Source of the DNA: Mantamonas sphyraenae STR306
Taxonomy: Eukaryota; Protista; CRuMs
Direction: 5' to 3'
NCBI GenBank assembly: GCA_026936335.1
Contig: JAPMXV010000004.1
Span: 248,001 to 312,000 of the forward strand
DNA: 64,000 nucleotides
The translations under genes were made by a program, and so were the position numbers. Under the pieces are notes generated by a model. The model was not told the origin of the DNA, searched no databases, and was given only the letters and a program-made list of their open reading frames with translations. This document shows, one piece after another, positions 35,799-48,409 of this stretch. Each line of letters opens with the position of its first letter. Within the stretch, counting starts at the first letter, position 1.

Positions 35799-37391
35799 TT
35801 ACTCGTCCTCGTCCTCGTGGGCCTCCATGTACTTGTTGTACAGGTACATGTGGTAAGCATACTTCTGCTTGGTCTTGAGCTTGCGGGCATCAGCGTTGAG
35901 CTTGCTCTTGCGCTGGGCCTGCGGGATGGCAGCCACCTTGGCAATACCCTCCTCCTTGCTGAGCTTGGTGGTGATCTCGGGCTCCGGGTTGGCACGGATC
36001 TTCTCGTGGGTGCCCTTGATCAGGTCCTCGTAGTTCTCCGAGTTGACACCGGCCTGGACGAAGCGGGGGAACTGCTTCTTGACGGCGTCCTTGCCACCCT
36101 GCTCCTCCAGGTAGTCCATGTAGTCAGCGACGTGGCCACCAAAGATCTTGTCGCGGTGGGCCTCGGGCTGGTACTTGCCCTCGAGGTAGCCGGCGAAGCG
36201 GCGGGTGCTGTGCGGCACGTTGATGCCACCGTCGACGGCACCCTTGAGCACGCCAAACACCTTGGAACCAGTGCTGGTGATGCGGATACCCACATCCAGG
36301 AGGCACTTGAAGGGCTTGCGGCCACCCTCGGTGCGCTTGGACTTGAAGTACTTGCCATCAGCCTGTCATAAGAGGGAGTGGGTGTGGGATGTGCGTGTGT
36401 GAGCAACGCGTGGGGTGGAGCGTTGAACGTAGTGCCATGGGCATGCAAGCAAGGAGAGGGCGCAAGGCGCTGGCATCGGTTTGCGGGTGTTTAAAGTCCG
36501 CGTAGAGCAGTGGTTCACCACGCGTTCTGGAGTCCAGACCAGTTCTGAAGACCATCGTGATTATTGCAAAGAGTTCGTCCTTTGCCATGCGCGCTCGCAC
36601 GGAGGCGGCAAGGGAGCGGAGAGGCCGAGGGCCTGTGGGCCGCGGGAAAAAATTGCGCGCATGCAGAACCGAGTTCGGGGCGTGTGCAGAAACTCACCTC
36701 GGCAACACCCTCGTAGGACTTGTCCAGGTGGTACTTCTTGAGCAGACGGCGTGCGCACAGCAGACCAGTGCAGTATGCGGCGGCGTAGTTGGTGAGACCA
36801 ACGGTGAGGCCGTAGCGGGGCAGCTCGTGCGAGTAGGCGGCGCAAATCACGACGTCGTGGTCGATCTCGCTGTACACAACCTGCGCGATGATGTCGCGGT
36901 TGGTCAGGCGGACAACAAGTCGGTAGCGCGGGCTGTTGTACTTGTTCTTGGCCTGCGCGACCAGACGCTTGCGGGCGCGGTAGTCGGTCTTGCCCTCGCG
37001 GCGGCGGCGGAACTTGACCTGAGGGAGAGGAAAAAGCCAAATCGAGGGCCGGGTCAGCAAAAAGGAACGACAAAGCCTTTGCACGGACCGCACAGCTTGT
37101 GCATGGTCGTCAGGCACCGCACATCACATGCTACTTACCTGGTAGCGCGAGTAGTACGCGTCGTTCTTCACGGTCTTGACGAAAGGCTGTAGAACGGGCC
37201 GAGGAAAGGCAGGGTCAGCGCATGCACGAATCGTCAACCCTCTCTGCGCGCACAGCCACGGCCACACGCAAGCAGAGGCAGACACACACGCCACATGGAA
37301 TGCAACGCGCAAGTCTGTCCTTGCTGCTGTGTGTGTGTTTACATGTGTGACGCGTGGCGTGTGACGCATGGGCGTTGCGAAAACTAACCAT
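35799..37391 (-). CDS. RPL5: 60S ribosomal protein L5 (uL18), 4 exons, ATG-only first exon
   Basis: [16 protein letters not shown]|[48 protein letters not shown]. Confidence 0.97.
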
Positions 37392-37477
37392 TTGGGAAAA
37401 GGTGGCAAAGGGGTGGGCGAGCGAGGGCAGGCGCCATCGGGCGCAGTCAAAACCACCGAACGCACACAGAGGGCAAC

Positions 37478-39122
37478 ATGGACAGCTTCGACTTTGACGA
37501 CGGCGACGTGGTGGTGGGCGACCTGCCCAACTTCCGCGCCAGCGAGTCCAGCTTCCAGGTGGACGATGTACGTGGGTGTGGTGAAGCCGTGCGCATGCGT
37601 GGAAAATGCGGGCACAGCAATCGCGCGCGCGTGTGGGTCGATGCACGAGGCTGATACGGTTGCACGTGGTCACACACGCACACAAAACACCACAGGGCAC
37701 AGAAACCAAGCGAGGCTCGCGGGCTAGGGGCAACGCGGAGACGCAAGAGGTGCCGCAGCGCGTCAAGGACTTTGTGCAGGTGCTGCGCGAGGCCTTCCGC
37801 CAGCATCACATCAAGGAGATGAGCACGCTGTACGAGCACATCCTCGGCAAGCTCACTGACAAGTACTTCAGCAACACACGCATGCCCGACTGGCCCAAGG
37901 TGGCCGAGTATGCAGACGACGACCGCGTGTTCAAGCTGCTGTACCTGCAGATCTACTACAGGCACATCTACGCCAAGCTCACACCAACCTTTGCCGACCA
38001 CATGCAGTCCTACAACAACTACTGCGACCTCTTTGACTTTTTCCTCAGCAAGCGCTCCCTGGACTTTGTGCTGCCACGCCAATGGCTGTGGGACATTGTC
38101 GACGAGTTTCTTTGGCAATTCCAAACCTTCTCGCACTGGCGCTGCAAGCTGCGCCAGCTGTCTGAAGGCGACATCAACAAGCTCAAGAGCAAGCCCAACG
38201 TGTGGAGCGCGCTCTCGGTCATCGACTACCTCGAGCAGCTTGTGTCCGTCTCGGGCATTGTCGACTACCTGCGCGAGCAAGACGGCAAGGGCACGTCGTC
38301 CACAGAGGGCACGTCGTCGTCTGTTTCATCCGCCTCCGCCTCCGCCTCCGCCTCCTCCTCCTCCTCCTCCTCTGCAGCTTCTGTTCCCTCGGGCTTTGGC
38401 GACAGCAAGCTGCACCGTCTCATTGGCTACTACGCCATTGTGGGCCAGCTGCGTGTGCAGACGCTGTTGGCAGACTACCGTATGGCTCTGGAGGTGCTGG
38501 AGCCCATCGACCTCACATCCAAATCGGGTCTGTTTAGCGAGAACACGGCGTGCTTCGTGTCGCTCTTTTACCACACTGGCTTTGCGTACATGATGCAGCG
38601 GCGGTACGTGGACGCAATCACCACGTTCCAGCAGGTGCTGTGGTATGTCACACGCACCAAGCAGCACCACACAAAGTCGATGCAGTACGACAACATGATG
38701 AAGAAGACCGACCAGATGCTTTCGCTGCTGGCCATCTGCACCACGCTGACTCCGTTCCGTTTGGAGGAGATGCTGCGCACTACGCTGCGCGACCAGTACG
38801 GTGACCACATGAGCGCCATGGCCAAGGGCAACCTGGACACCTTTGGCGAGCTGTTTGGTTTTGCCTCGCCCAAGTTTGTCAACCCAGTGCACCTGGACTA
38901 TGATGCCGAAAAGGCCAAAGGTGGCAACTCGCACCAGAACCTGCGCGAGTACTATAACCAAAAGCGGCTGTTCCTGCAGGATGTGGAGCAGCAGCTGTGC
39001 ATTCCGGACATTCGTGGCTTGCTTCGCCTGTACACCACCTTGGAAGTCGGCCGCCTGGGTGAGTTTATGGGCATGCAGGACGAGGATATTGTGAACAAGA
39101 CCATGTAAGTTTGAGAGAGAGG

Positions 39123-39154
<32 letters not shown>

Positions 39155-39618
39155 CGTGGCATGTGCGTGCGCAAGGAACGAAAGAGGCCCGAGGAGGAAA
39201 CGTCACTGGGCTATGATATCACCGTGATTTCAAACCATGTGCAATTGGCGCACCATATTTGACATTCAGCGCCAACTGAGGGCCTCTCCTTGTGCACGCA
39301 ATGGCCAACGACGGCAGCGTGCACACAAGGGGGAATTGCGGTCGTGGGAGTGAGTGCTGACTCGGAATGGGTGATGCATCGATCTCGGCACACAGTGAGA
39401 AGCTGTTGACCTTTAAGAACAAAACACACGCACGAGTGCGCACGGGCAAGGTGGCAGCGTCGGGCGAGAGGCAGTTCTGTCACGACGTGGGGTTCTTTGT
39501 TGAGAAGGACATGCTGAGCGTGAACCAGAGCGTGACGGTGCGTCAGTTTGGCGAATTTTTCCTGCGCAACATCCACAAGTACGAAAAGGTGGCGCAGGAG
39601 GTGGCAGCCCTGGAGTAG
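37478..39618 (+). CDS. EIF3L: Translation initiation factor eIF3 subunit L
   Basis: LYLQIYYRHIY, SYNNYCDLF, LPRQWLWDIVDEFLWQFQTF, GFAYMMQRRY, FASPKF, LRLYTT; introns ~37568-37700 and 39105-39395. Confidence 0.95.
39113..39154 (+). repeat. (GA)n microsatellite in eIF3L intron
   Basis: gagagaga.. run. Confidence 0.9.
39206..39365 (+). ncRNA. Candidate intronic structured RNA / C/D-box-like snoRNA
   Basis: ATGATA (C-like) 39213, CTGA 39276 and 39357, closing stem ctggg/ctcgg, two hairpins, 12-nt complement to a conserved LSU rRNA segment. Confidence 0.35.
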
Positions 39619-39685
39619 TTGATACACACGAGCACAATGAAAGCGACAACTCCGCCCTGGCTCTCGCAGCGCAAACCCCCCACCC

Positions 39686-40483
39686 ATGTCGTCTTCGAGC
39701 ACTGAATTGTTTGGCACACAGGCAAGCGAGTACGGGAAGTTCCGCCCCACATACCCCGTGGAGCTGTTTGACTTGCTGTTGGAGAAAACGGCTGGGCGGC
39801 AACTCTGCGTGGACGTTGGCTGCGGCACAGGGCAGGCAACGACGGTGCTTGCACTGTCGTTCGACAAGGTGGTGGGCATGGACAGCACGCAGAAGCAGCT
39901 GGATGCGGCGGACAAGGCGGAGAACATTGAGTACGTGTGTGCGAGCGCAGAAGAAGTTGCTGCGCACGTGGAACCGGGCACTGTGGACTTGCTGGTGTGT
40001 GCACAGGCAGCCCACTGGCTGGATTGGGAAGCATTCTGTGGAGCGGCACAGGAGGTTGTCAAGGAGGACGGCGTGGTGGCGGTGTGGGGCTACGGCAACG
40101 TGCGAACAATCAACGGCACGCAAACGGACCTGGCGTTCGACAAGTGGTACTGGGACGAGCTGGGCTACGAATACTGGGACTCGCGACGCCACCACATTGA
40201 CAGCCGCTACCGTTTGCTGCAGCTGCCGTGGGAAGGCAAGGAAAACCACTCGCTGTCGATCCAAAAGGAGCTGAGCACGGACGAGTTTCTGGGCTACCTG
40301 GGCACCATGAGTGCAGTCAATACGTGGCGCAAACGCAACAGCGGGGAAGCCACAGACATCCTGGACGCTTTCCGCACGCAATTGGAAGCTGCGATGGCGG
40401 CTGACGGCATCACCAGCCTGAAAGTCCAGTGGCCTGTGTTTTTGCAGGTAGCCAAGATGTCCAAGCACATGAAGCGTGTGTAG
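39686..40483 (+). CDS. Class I SAM-dependent methyltransferase (Tmt1/Crg1-like)
   Basis: YGKFRPTYP, DVGCGTGQAT, AQAAHW, AVWGY. Confidence 0.9.
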   Translation: MSSSSTELFGTQASEYGKFRPTYPVELFDLLLEKTAGRQLCVDVGCGTGQATTVLALSFDKVVGMDSTQKQLDAADKAENIEYVCASAEEVAAHVEPGTVDLLVCAQAAHWLDWEAFCGAAQEVVKEDGVVAVWGYGNVRTINGTQTDLAFDKWYWDELGYEYWDSRRHHIDSRYRLLQLPWEGKENHSLSIQKELSTDEFLGYLGTMSAVNTWRKRNSGEATDILDAFRTQLEAAMAADGITSLKVQWPVFLQVAKMSKHMKRV

Positions 40484-40577
40484 TGTGCTACGAGGAGGGC
40501 GTGGAGTGGTGGAGTGGGGTAGTGCGCGAGCGATGCGCTTGGCGGAACAAGAAAACACACGCATCTCTCAATCCATC

Positions 40578-41286
40578 ATGGTAGGTACTGCGGAGCGGGG
40601 GGATCATGCGGGGAGGGGGAAGCTCACGTAAGATGGAGCTCTGACACTCGAAACGGGTGCGTGCTGGGATGGTCAGTCGACGACGTCGCGGCCGCGAAAA
40701 GGCGAGAAGAGCAAGAAGAAGAAGGAGCGGAAGCATGAGGACGAGGAGGAGGAGCTTGCGTTGGAGGAGACGCAGGGAAACGGCGTGTTTGTGTACGAAG
40801 ATGGCTCACGATACGGTAGGTGTGGAGGAGGAGCGTTGGCGTGGCGTAGGGCCCTGAGAACGGGAACGGTGCGAGCGCAAATCAACCGTTGGGATCGGTC
40901 GAGGCTCACACACAGGCCGAACGGGAAACGGGGCACGTGCAGACGGCGAGTGGGAGAAAGTGGATGGAGTACCCATGCGTCAGGGGGTGGGCACATGGAC
41001 CACAGCGGACGGCAACGAATACACGGGCGACTGGAAGGCGGACAAGATCCAAGGTCGGGGCCAGTTTGAGTACAGCAGCGGAGCCGCGTACCAGGGCGAG
41101 TTTGTGGACGGCAAGTACCAGGGCTTTGGCAAGTACACGTGGCCGGACGGAACGAGCTACGAGGGGGAGTGGCGCAACAACACCATGATGGGCAACGGGA
41201 CGTTTGTTGACGGCCAAGGAGAGACCTGGAAAGGGGCGTTTAATGACGGTGTGGGCGAGGCCATCGCAAACTGGCATGCAGCCTAA
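40578..41286 (+). CDS. MORN-repeat protein (MORN2-like), ATG-only first exon
   Basis: YxGxW/F..GxG repeats (YTGDWKADKIQGRG; YQGEFVDGKYQGFG; YEGEWRNNTMMGNG). Confidence 0.85.
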
Positions 41287-41590
41287 CGCGTGTGGCCATC
41301 CATAGTGGGTGCATCCACGTCACTGTGGGCTGGAGAGTGGGAAACTGCGTGAGCGGGAGAGGGAAAAGGACAACCAGCGGGTCAACAAGTCAACAAGCAT
41401 CGCAAGCAACACAAACACATACACACACCCACACACATGTCCATCAGAAGATAAAAAAATGATTGTGCGTTCTCCATCACAGTATTTGGTTCAGCAGCAG
41501 AACTGGAAAGCATCGAAATCTCATCAGGTGGACGTGTGGGGTGTGTTTGTGTGTGTGCGTGTCCATGCATCCATACATACGGTGGGCCAC

Positions 41591-42648
41591 TTACTTGGCA
41601 AGGCGCTGCAGTGCATCGACTTGCTGCCTTGGGTCAGCGTTGTAGTTGGAAGACGAGGCGTACTGGTCGCGTCGCGGCGGCGAGCGTGAGCGTCCGTAGC
41701 CTCCACGTGGCGGAGAGGGAGATCGACGGAAGCCTCCACGCGGTGGGCTAGGCGAGCGCCGATATCCCCCCCGTGGGCTCGGCGTTCGGTTGTAGCCACC
41801 ACCACCGCGTGGACCTCCGTAACCTCCTCCACCACCTCCTCCTCCTCGGTATCCGCCTCGGCCTCCGCCTCGGCCCCTTCCTCGTGAACGTCCGTCTCTT
41901 CCGCGGCGACCCTGCTTGTTGTTGTTGTTGTTGTTGTTGTTGTTCCTCTGGGTCCAGAAGCGTAGATGGATCACCTGGCCGTCGATCTGGCCTCCGTCCA
42001 TATACTCCAGGGCCTCCTGGGCTTCCTCGACCGTCTCCATGACGACGTGTGCGGTGCCCTTGGACAAACCAACACGCTGGTCCATGACAACGCGTACGTC
42101 TGCAACGCGGCCAAACGTGGAAAAGATTTCCTCCAGGTGAACAGCGCGCACGTTGGGTGTCAAGCTGGTGACAAACAGCTCGCGCGAGGCAGGAGTCTCC
42201 TTGCGGATCCTGTCCACGTGGGGGAAATTGCGATGTAAGTGAGCTGTTGCTGCTTCTGCTGCTGCTGTGTGTGTGTGTGCCCTATGCATGGACCTCTGTG
42301 GCGTGGCGGCCAAAGCGCAAAAACGCGCGCATGCTGAAAAGCCCTCTCGCTCGTTTTTCCGGTGTGTATGTCCACCGACCAAACATACCTTTCATCTTGA
42401 GGTGAAGGAGAACGCGAGCGCGACCGGCTGCGTGCGTCGCGAGGTGGCGAGCGGGAGTAGCCGTCGCGCGGGGGCGGTGTGTAGGAGCGCGAGCGAGCCG
42501 GAGAGGGCGAACGCGAATAGCCGCCCCGTCCCCGGCCGCGCGGCGACGGCGAACGAGACGGGGAGCGCGATGGCGAGCGTGACTGCTCACGGCCATCGTA
42601 CGGGGTCGGAGACGGCGATCTCCCTCGCGGGATGAGGTCGTCCTCCAT
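41591..42648 (-). CDS. RNPS1: RNPS1/SR45-like RS-RRM splicing factor
   Basis: RS/SP repeats; RRM LTPNVRAVHLEEIFSTFG..MDGGQIDG; RGG/RSPSPP tail. Confidence 0.85.
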
Positions 42649-42698
42649 GGTTGTGGCTGGGTTTGTTTTGCCCTCGCCGGCGACGCCACACCGACCAC

Positions 42699-45600
42699 AT
42701 GTCCAGCGAAGCCGACCACGTGGAGGTGAACGAAAACACGCAGCAGGAGGAAGCCGAAACGAGCGATGCTGTAGACGTGGAGGCAAAGTCAACGGAGGAA
42801 CCGGCGGCGCAGGAAGCCATGGTGGAGGAAGAGGACGAGACTGATCCGGAAGAAAACCCGGCAGGCCCCAAGGACGAGAGGGACATGGTGAAGTACTCAG
42901 AGGTGACGGCAGCCAAGGCCATGCAGATCGGAGACAAGTACTACGTGATTGACATGGGCTGGTGGAAGGCGTGGAAGGCGTACACGGACTACAACGCCGG
43001 CAACGCCCTTTCACCGTACGATTCCGACGATGACGAAGCACCCAGCGCCCCTCGACCTGGACCCATCGACAACAGGTAAGCGAACGTGTAGACATCGCCT
43101 GCATCGACACACACGCACATGTGCGCGGTCAGGTGTCTGTGTCTGCGTATTCCTGGCACACAAGGCGGCGTGTGACAAAGGGACACAGGACACAAACGCG
43201 CAAAAAAGGCTGACACAGACGCTCATCGGGACTCCTTCACCCCGCTCCACACGCAGTGGACTCATCGATCCAGAGTACCCGGGCGATCCTAGCACAGGCC
43301 TTCAGGCTCGCATCAAGATCGGCCAGATGGAGAGCTACGACTACACGGTGGTGCGTCGGCAAACGTGGAAGAAGTTGCACAAATGGTGCGTTTCCTCTGA
43401 GGAGGAGGTTGCCACAAAGCCGCTGCCTGGCACGCCCACAGACTGAAATGTGTCTCTCTCACACTGCGCCCGTTGGCTGCACACAGGTATGGCGGAGGCC
43501 CCACCCTGGAGCGCAAGGTGATCCCCGTGGGCTATGGCCATAAACAGGTCGAGGTGAACCCGTTGATTCTGCGTGTGTTCCGCGCAGACAACCCGGCCCG
43601 CAAAGTGCCCATCATGATCAGCAAGGCAGACACCGTGCAGCACTTGTTTGATCTCGCGTGCGCAAAACTCAACGTGGACGACGAGATGAAGAGCAAGGTC
43701 AAGATGTGGAACTACCACCTGAGCATGCGCTTCTCCGAACTCGACAACATGGCCAAGTCGCTTGAGGAGTCGCGACTGTGGGACGACCAGGAAGTGCAGC
43801 TGCAGCTGCCGAACAGTGACGGTGAGTACAGCGATGAGGACGACGACTATGACGTATCCTCCTTTGCCGGCCTTGGCTCGAGCACGCGCACGTACGGTTC
43901 CGGTTCGGGATCAGGCACTTCGCGCACCATGAACACGCGCAGCGGCTACAAGCCCATGTACACAGTCGATGTGCAGGAAGGCATCACAGGCTTGGGCAAC
44001 ATGGGCAACACCTGCTTCATGAACTCCGCCCTGCAGTGCCTCAGCAACACCGCGCCTCTGACCGAGTACTTCCGAGACGAGAAACACGTGGCTGAAATCA
44101 ACCGTACCAACCCGTTGGGCATGAAGGGCGAGGTGGCAGAGGAGTATGCCGCTTTGGTACAGGCCCTGTGGGCAGGCAACGCCAACTCGGTCACCCCGCG
44201 CGATTTCAAGTACACCATCGGCCGGTTTGCGCCGCAGTTTAGCGGATTCCAGCAGCACGACTCGCAGGAACTGCTGGGCTTCTTGCTGGACGGCCTGCAC
44301 GAAGACCTCAACAGGGTCATCGACAAGAAGAACACGGAGCCAGTCGAGGGAGGCGACAGGCCCGACGAAGAGGTGGCGGAAGAGGCGTGGCAAACCCATC
44401 TTGTGCGCAACCAGAGCGTGATTGTCGATCTGTTCCAGGGCCAGTTCAAGTCCAAGGTGTCGTGCAACGTGTGTCCGCGTGTCAGCGTGACCTTTGACCC
44501 CTTCATGTACCTCACGCTGCCGCTGCCGTCGGTCAACGGACGTGCTGTGTTCTGCCGCTTCATCAAGCTGGACGGCAGCAAGCCCTTCTTCTACCAGCTG
44601 GAGGTGAGCAAGTACGCGCGTGCAAATAGCGTGCGCGGCGAGCTGTCGCAGTTTGTGGACTGCGAGGCAGACAAGATCATCATGTGCGAAGTGGAGGACG
44701 GTTTGGTGCTCAAGGAGTTCCGTTCAGGCGACACTGCAGCCAGGATCACCACCAAGGATGTTGTGTGCATGTACGAGACCATTCCCGACCCGGAGAAGCA
44801 AATCCACAACGTGTACCTGCGCAAGCTGGCCTGCACGCGCCAAATCGAGGCCACCCACTACCGTTTCGTGTCCAGCAAACTGGATGCCAACGACTACGTG
44901 CCTGTGGCGCTGCCCATCATGGGCTCGTTCCTGAAGAAGGGTGAGACATACCGCAGCATCTACAACAAGATCCTGGGCTTCATCGGCTGGTGCATCAACT
45001 ACGATGCCGAGGTGCTGACAGAGGAGCAGCTGGCGGACAAGGCCAAGGTGTTTGCAGACTCCAAGGGCAAGTACAGGTACAGCCACAGCAGCATGGGAAG
45101 CGGACAGGTGGCGATGACGGCCGCAGGCGAAAAGATGGCCGAGGAGGAGGACGCCAAGAAGGCAAGCGAGGTGGAGGTGGTGCGGGACAGCGAGGGACGC
45201 ATCAACTTTAGCATGGAGGAGGGCAACGAGGGCACTCCGCTGTTTACGATCAACTGGTTGGAGTCGGACGGTCTGCGCGTGAACACGGGTCTGGACCACG
45301 AGGGATGGGATGAGGAGCACGCCTTTACGCGCCAGTTTGTGGGCATTGACGTGTTGCCGCAGTTCTCCAACTTTCTGGATGAGAAGCAGGCGTTGTCGTA
45401 CACGAAGCACGAGAGCGCAGAGAAGGCAGAGGAGGAAGACGACTCGGAGGTGACGATGGAAAAGTGCCTCAAGGTGTTCCTGAAGGAAGAGCAGCTGAGC
45501 GAGACGGACCCGTGGTATTGTAACCAGTGCGGAGAGTTCCAACAGGCATTCAAGAAGTTTGACCTGTGGAAGCTGCCGCGTGTGATGGTGATCCACCTGA

Positions 45601-46268
45601 AGCGCTTCAGCTACACGTCGTGGTCGCGGGACAAGCTGGACACGTTTGTGGACTTTCCGTTTGAGATTGACATGAGCGAGTACATGGTGGGACCAGTGGA
45701 CGAGGAGAACCCGCCCGTGTACGACCTCTACGCCGTGTCGAACCATTACGGCAGCATGGGCTTTGGTCACTACACAGCGTACGCCAGGAACCGTGACGAC
45801 GGCAAGTGGTACGAGTTTGACGACTCGCGTGTGAGCGAGGTGGACCGCAACTCGGTCAAGTCGGACGCAGCGTATGTGCTGTTCTACGAACGGCGGTCCG
45901 ACGCACAGCGCGCAGGCACGTACTTTGAGTACGATGCACTGCCCAAGGTGATCAAGCAGCGCAAGCAGAAGGAGAGCGTGGCTGGCAGCAGCACGTCGGA
46001 CACGACCTATGTGAGCACGGAGGGCGATGTGTCGATTGAATCGTCCACGACGACGACGACGACGACGACGACGACCACCACCACAAACGCCATGGATACC
46101 GAGTCTGCAGCCGGGCCTGGAGAGGACAGCCACCCGAACCCAGCTGAGCTGGTGGCAGACAACGACTTTTTGGCTGGCCACAGCGGCCACGTGGGCCAAG
46201 GAGGCAGCAACGCACAGGCAGACTCGAGCCAAGACCAAGATGGGCCGCAGACACAGTCGTACCTGTGA
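42699..46268 (+). CDS. Ubiquitin-specific protease, USP4/11/15 family (DUSP-UBL-USP)
   Basis: DUSP (WWKAW..PGPIDN..W|YGG), GLGNMGNTCFMNSALQC, QHDSQE, NHYGSMGFGHYTA, FDD. Confidence 0.95.
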
Positions 46269-46316
46269 GGAATGAGCAAGACAACAAACGGTTTTTCTTT
46301 GTTCCAATGTGCGCAC

Positions 46317-48209
46317 TCACGTGGGCAGGAGTTGCTGGTGTTCGGCGGCGCAGACGACGGCAAAGGCCATGAAGATGGTGAGGGGATAATCAAAGTCGAG
46401 GAGATACTTGCCCTGCTCGGAGACGGCGCCGTTGCTAAGTCGTAGTTGCGAGTCTGTGCCTTCCTTGTTGAGGACAAGCACGGAGCGGCGTTGCTTGCGC
46501 TGTGTGACGCCGCGTGCATTGGCACTGCTCTCATCCTCAGAGACGGTTTGCAGGGTGAGCATGGGCTGCAGGTGAGTGTTGATGTGGCCGCGGACGGTGT
46601 TTGCAAACTGGCCTTGCTCGTACAGGTTGCCGTACTCTTCATCCTCGATGTCAAGGGCCACGAGGGTGCGTCGCACGCCACCCCACACGTTCGACCGACA
46701 GGGTGATGGTGGCCATGAGGCGTTTGCTGCTGTTCTTGTCGCCGTTGGCGGCGTCGTCAAGGATGAGCTTGAAGGAGGTCCAGTCGGAGTCGGCCTCAAG
46801 CTTGCCCACATAAAGAGGGTTGTTGCGCTTGCTGATGTTGTCTGGGTCCAAGGAGAGACGCAGGACGTTCTTGCTGGCCTTCTTGCGGCAGCAGAGACAG
46901 GCGACGTCTGTGTCGTCGCTTGTCATGGGCAGAAACATCTTGAAGTATGGCCGATCGGGTTGCTGACAACACAAGGAGAGTGTAAGAAGGAGAGAATGCC
47001 AGGGTGTTGTGGGTGGCAAAGTGCAGCAGGCATGGGTCTGCAGCAGAGAAACACTCACCTTTTTGGTTCCCGAGCACCACTGGATGACGAGGGTGGGTGG
47101 CTGGAGGCCCTGGCGATGGATAGTATCTACATGTGAAAGGTGTTCCCTGTGGTGTGGAGTGTGTGCGAGTGTGTGCGTGAGCGTGTGGCATGCAATGTGT
47201 GCGTATTGGCCGTTTTTGGAGAAACGCACCAGTAAGGAATGGCTCGCTCGGCGCCTTCGCTTTCGTCGTCCACCTCGAGGTGCTCGCCGATGCCAAACTG
47301 CGGCACAGTCTGTGTGTGGGGCAAGTGCAGGAGGCGTGTCAACATGGGAAGACGTGGCGATGGTGGTTAACGCGGGGCCTGGGCGCTTCAACGTACGTCC
47401 ACTTGCTGCTGGTTATTCTGCGTCTCGACGAAAGTGTGTGTTTGCGTGAGTGACCGTCCACCTCCTTGCTCCTTCACCAAAACCAGCACACCCACACCTA
47501 CAGGTCTCTTTGTGGACGGCTTTGTGTTTGTGCCTGCGTTGCTGCTGCTGCTACTGCTGCTGCTGCTGCTGCTGCTGCCGGCGCCGCTGGTTGTGGTTGC
47601 CAGGAAGAAGCCCAGGTCGTCGGTTGTGTCGATGGCATCGGCATGTTCGGGTGATGTGGTGCTGCTGTGTAGGCTTCCAATGGGCGAGGTGGAAGTGGGA
47701 GAATGCGTGCGGGGTGTCGTGGAGCTGGCGCTGGAGGCTGTGGTGAGCAAGCCCGCCAAACCCGAGCTGCTCCCTTCTGCGTCTGTGCTCTCGGCAAACA
47801 GGGCAGCATACGACTTTTTCGCCCCCTTGGCGGTGGTTGTCGATGTGTTTCCACTGTGTGTGCCTTCTTGTGTGCGGCTGCTGTACAGGGAGGACGTGTT
47901 GCCAACGCCAGAGATGGAAATCCCCGGCACGGAGGACGAACTGCGCCGTTTACTCGCGGAAGAGTCACCCAAGGAGCGCAGATCGAGGTTGGACTTTGAG
48001 TTGGACAGTGGCGATTCGAGGTTGCCGCTGCCCCCGCCTGATGTCAGCATAAAGGACAGCTGGCTTGTGTCTGCGTCGTCGGAGGCGGTCGAATCCAGCA
48101 CCCCTGCCATGGCGCCAGCAGCCATACCAAACGTGCCCGAGCTCAGAAACTCGTCTATCCGTGACATGTCCAGCGGGTCCATGTCACCCCCGCTGTCGGA
48201 AGAGGCCAT
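46317..48209 (-). CDS. Tubby-domain protein, multi-exon; apparent +1 frameshift at ~46702
   Basis: YVGKLEAD..F; SNVWGGVR; LDFDYPLTIFMAFAV; Ser-rich N-terminus from MASSDSGG. Confidence 0.7.
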
Positions 48210-48409
48210 GGAGGATGAATACACTGCGTTCGGGGCAAACTGAGTCAGCGCTTTTCCAACGAGTGAAAAGAAACGGGTGGCACGTCTCGCGCGCCTGGCC
48301 TTTACAGCATTGTAATTGTTGGTCACTTACTTGTTTGTGGAAGTGGGGTAGCTGGTCAACACCCTCGGATCACGTCTCACTCTCAATGTGCACACACGCG
48401 CGCGCGTTG

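Noticed and set aside
39190-39380. RNase P/MRP RNA in the eIF3L intron (GGAAACGTCAC..GGTGATG)
   Set aside because: The pairing is a simple nested stem rather than the P4 pseudoknot; the conserved regions do not match well
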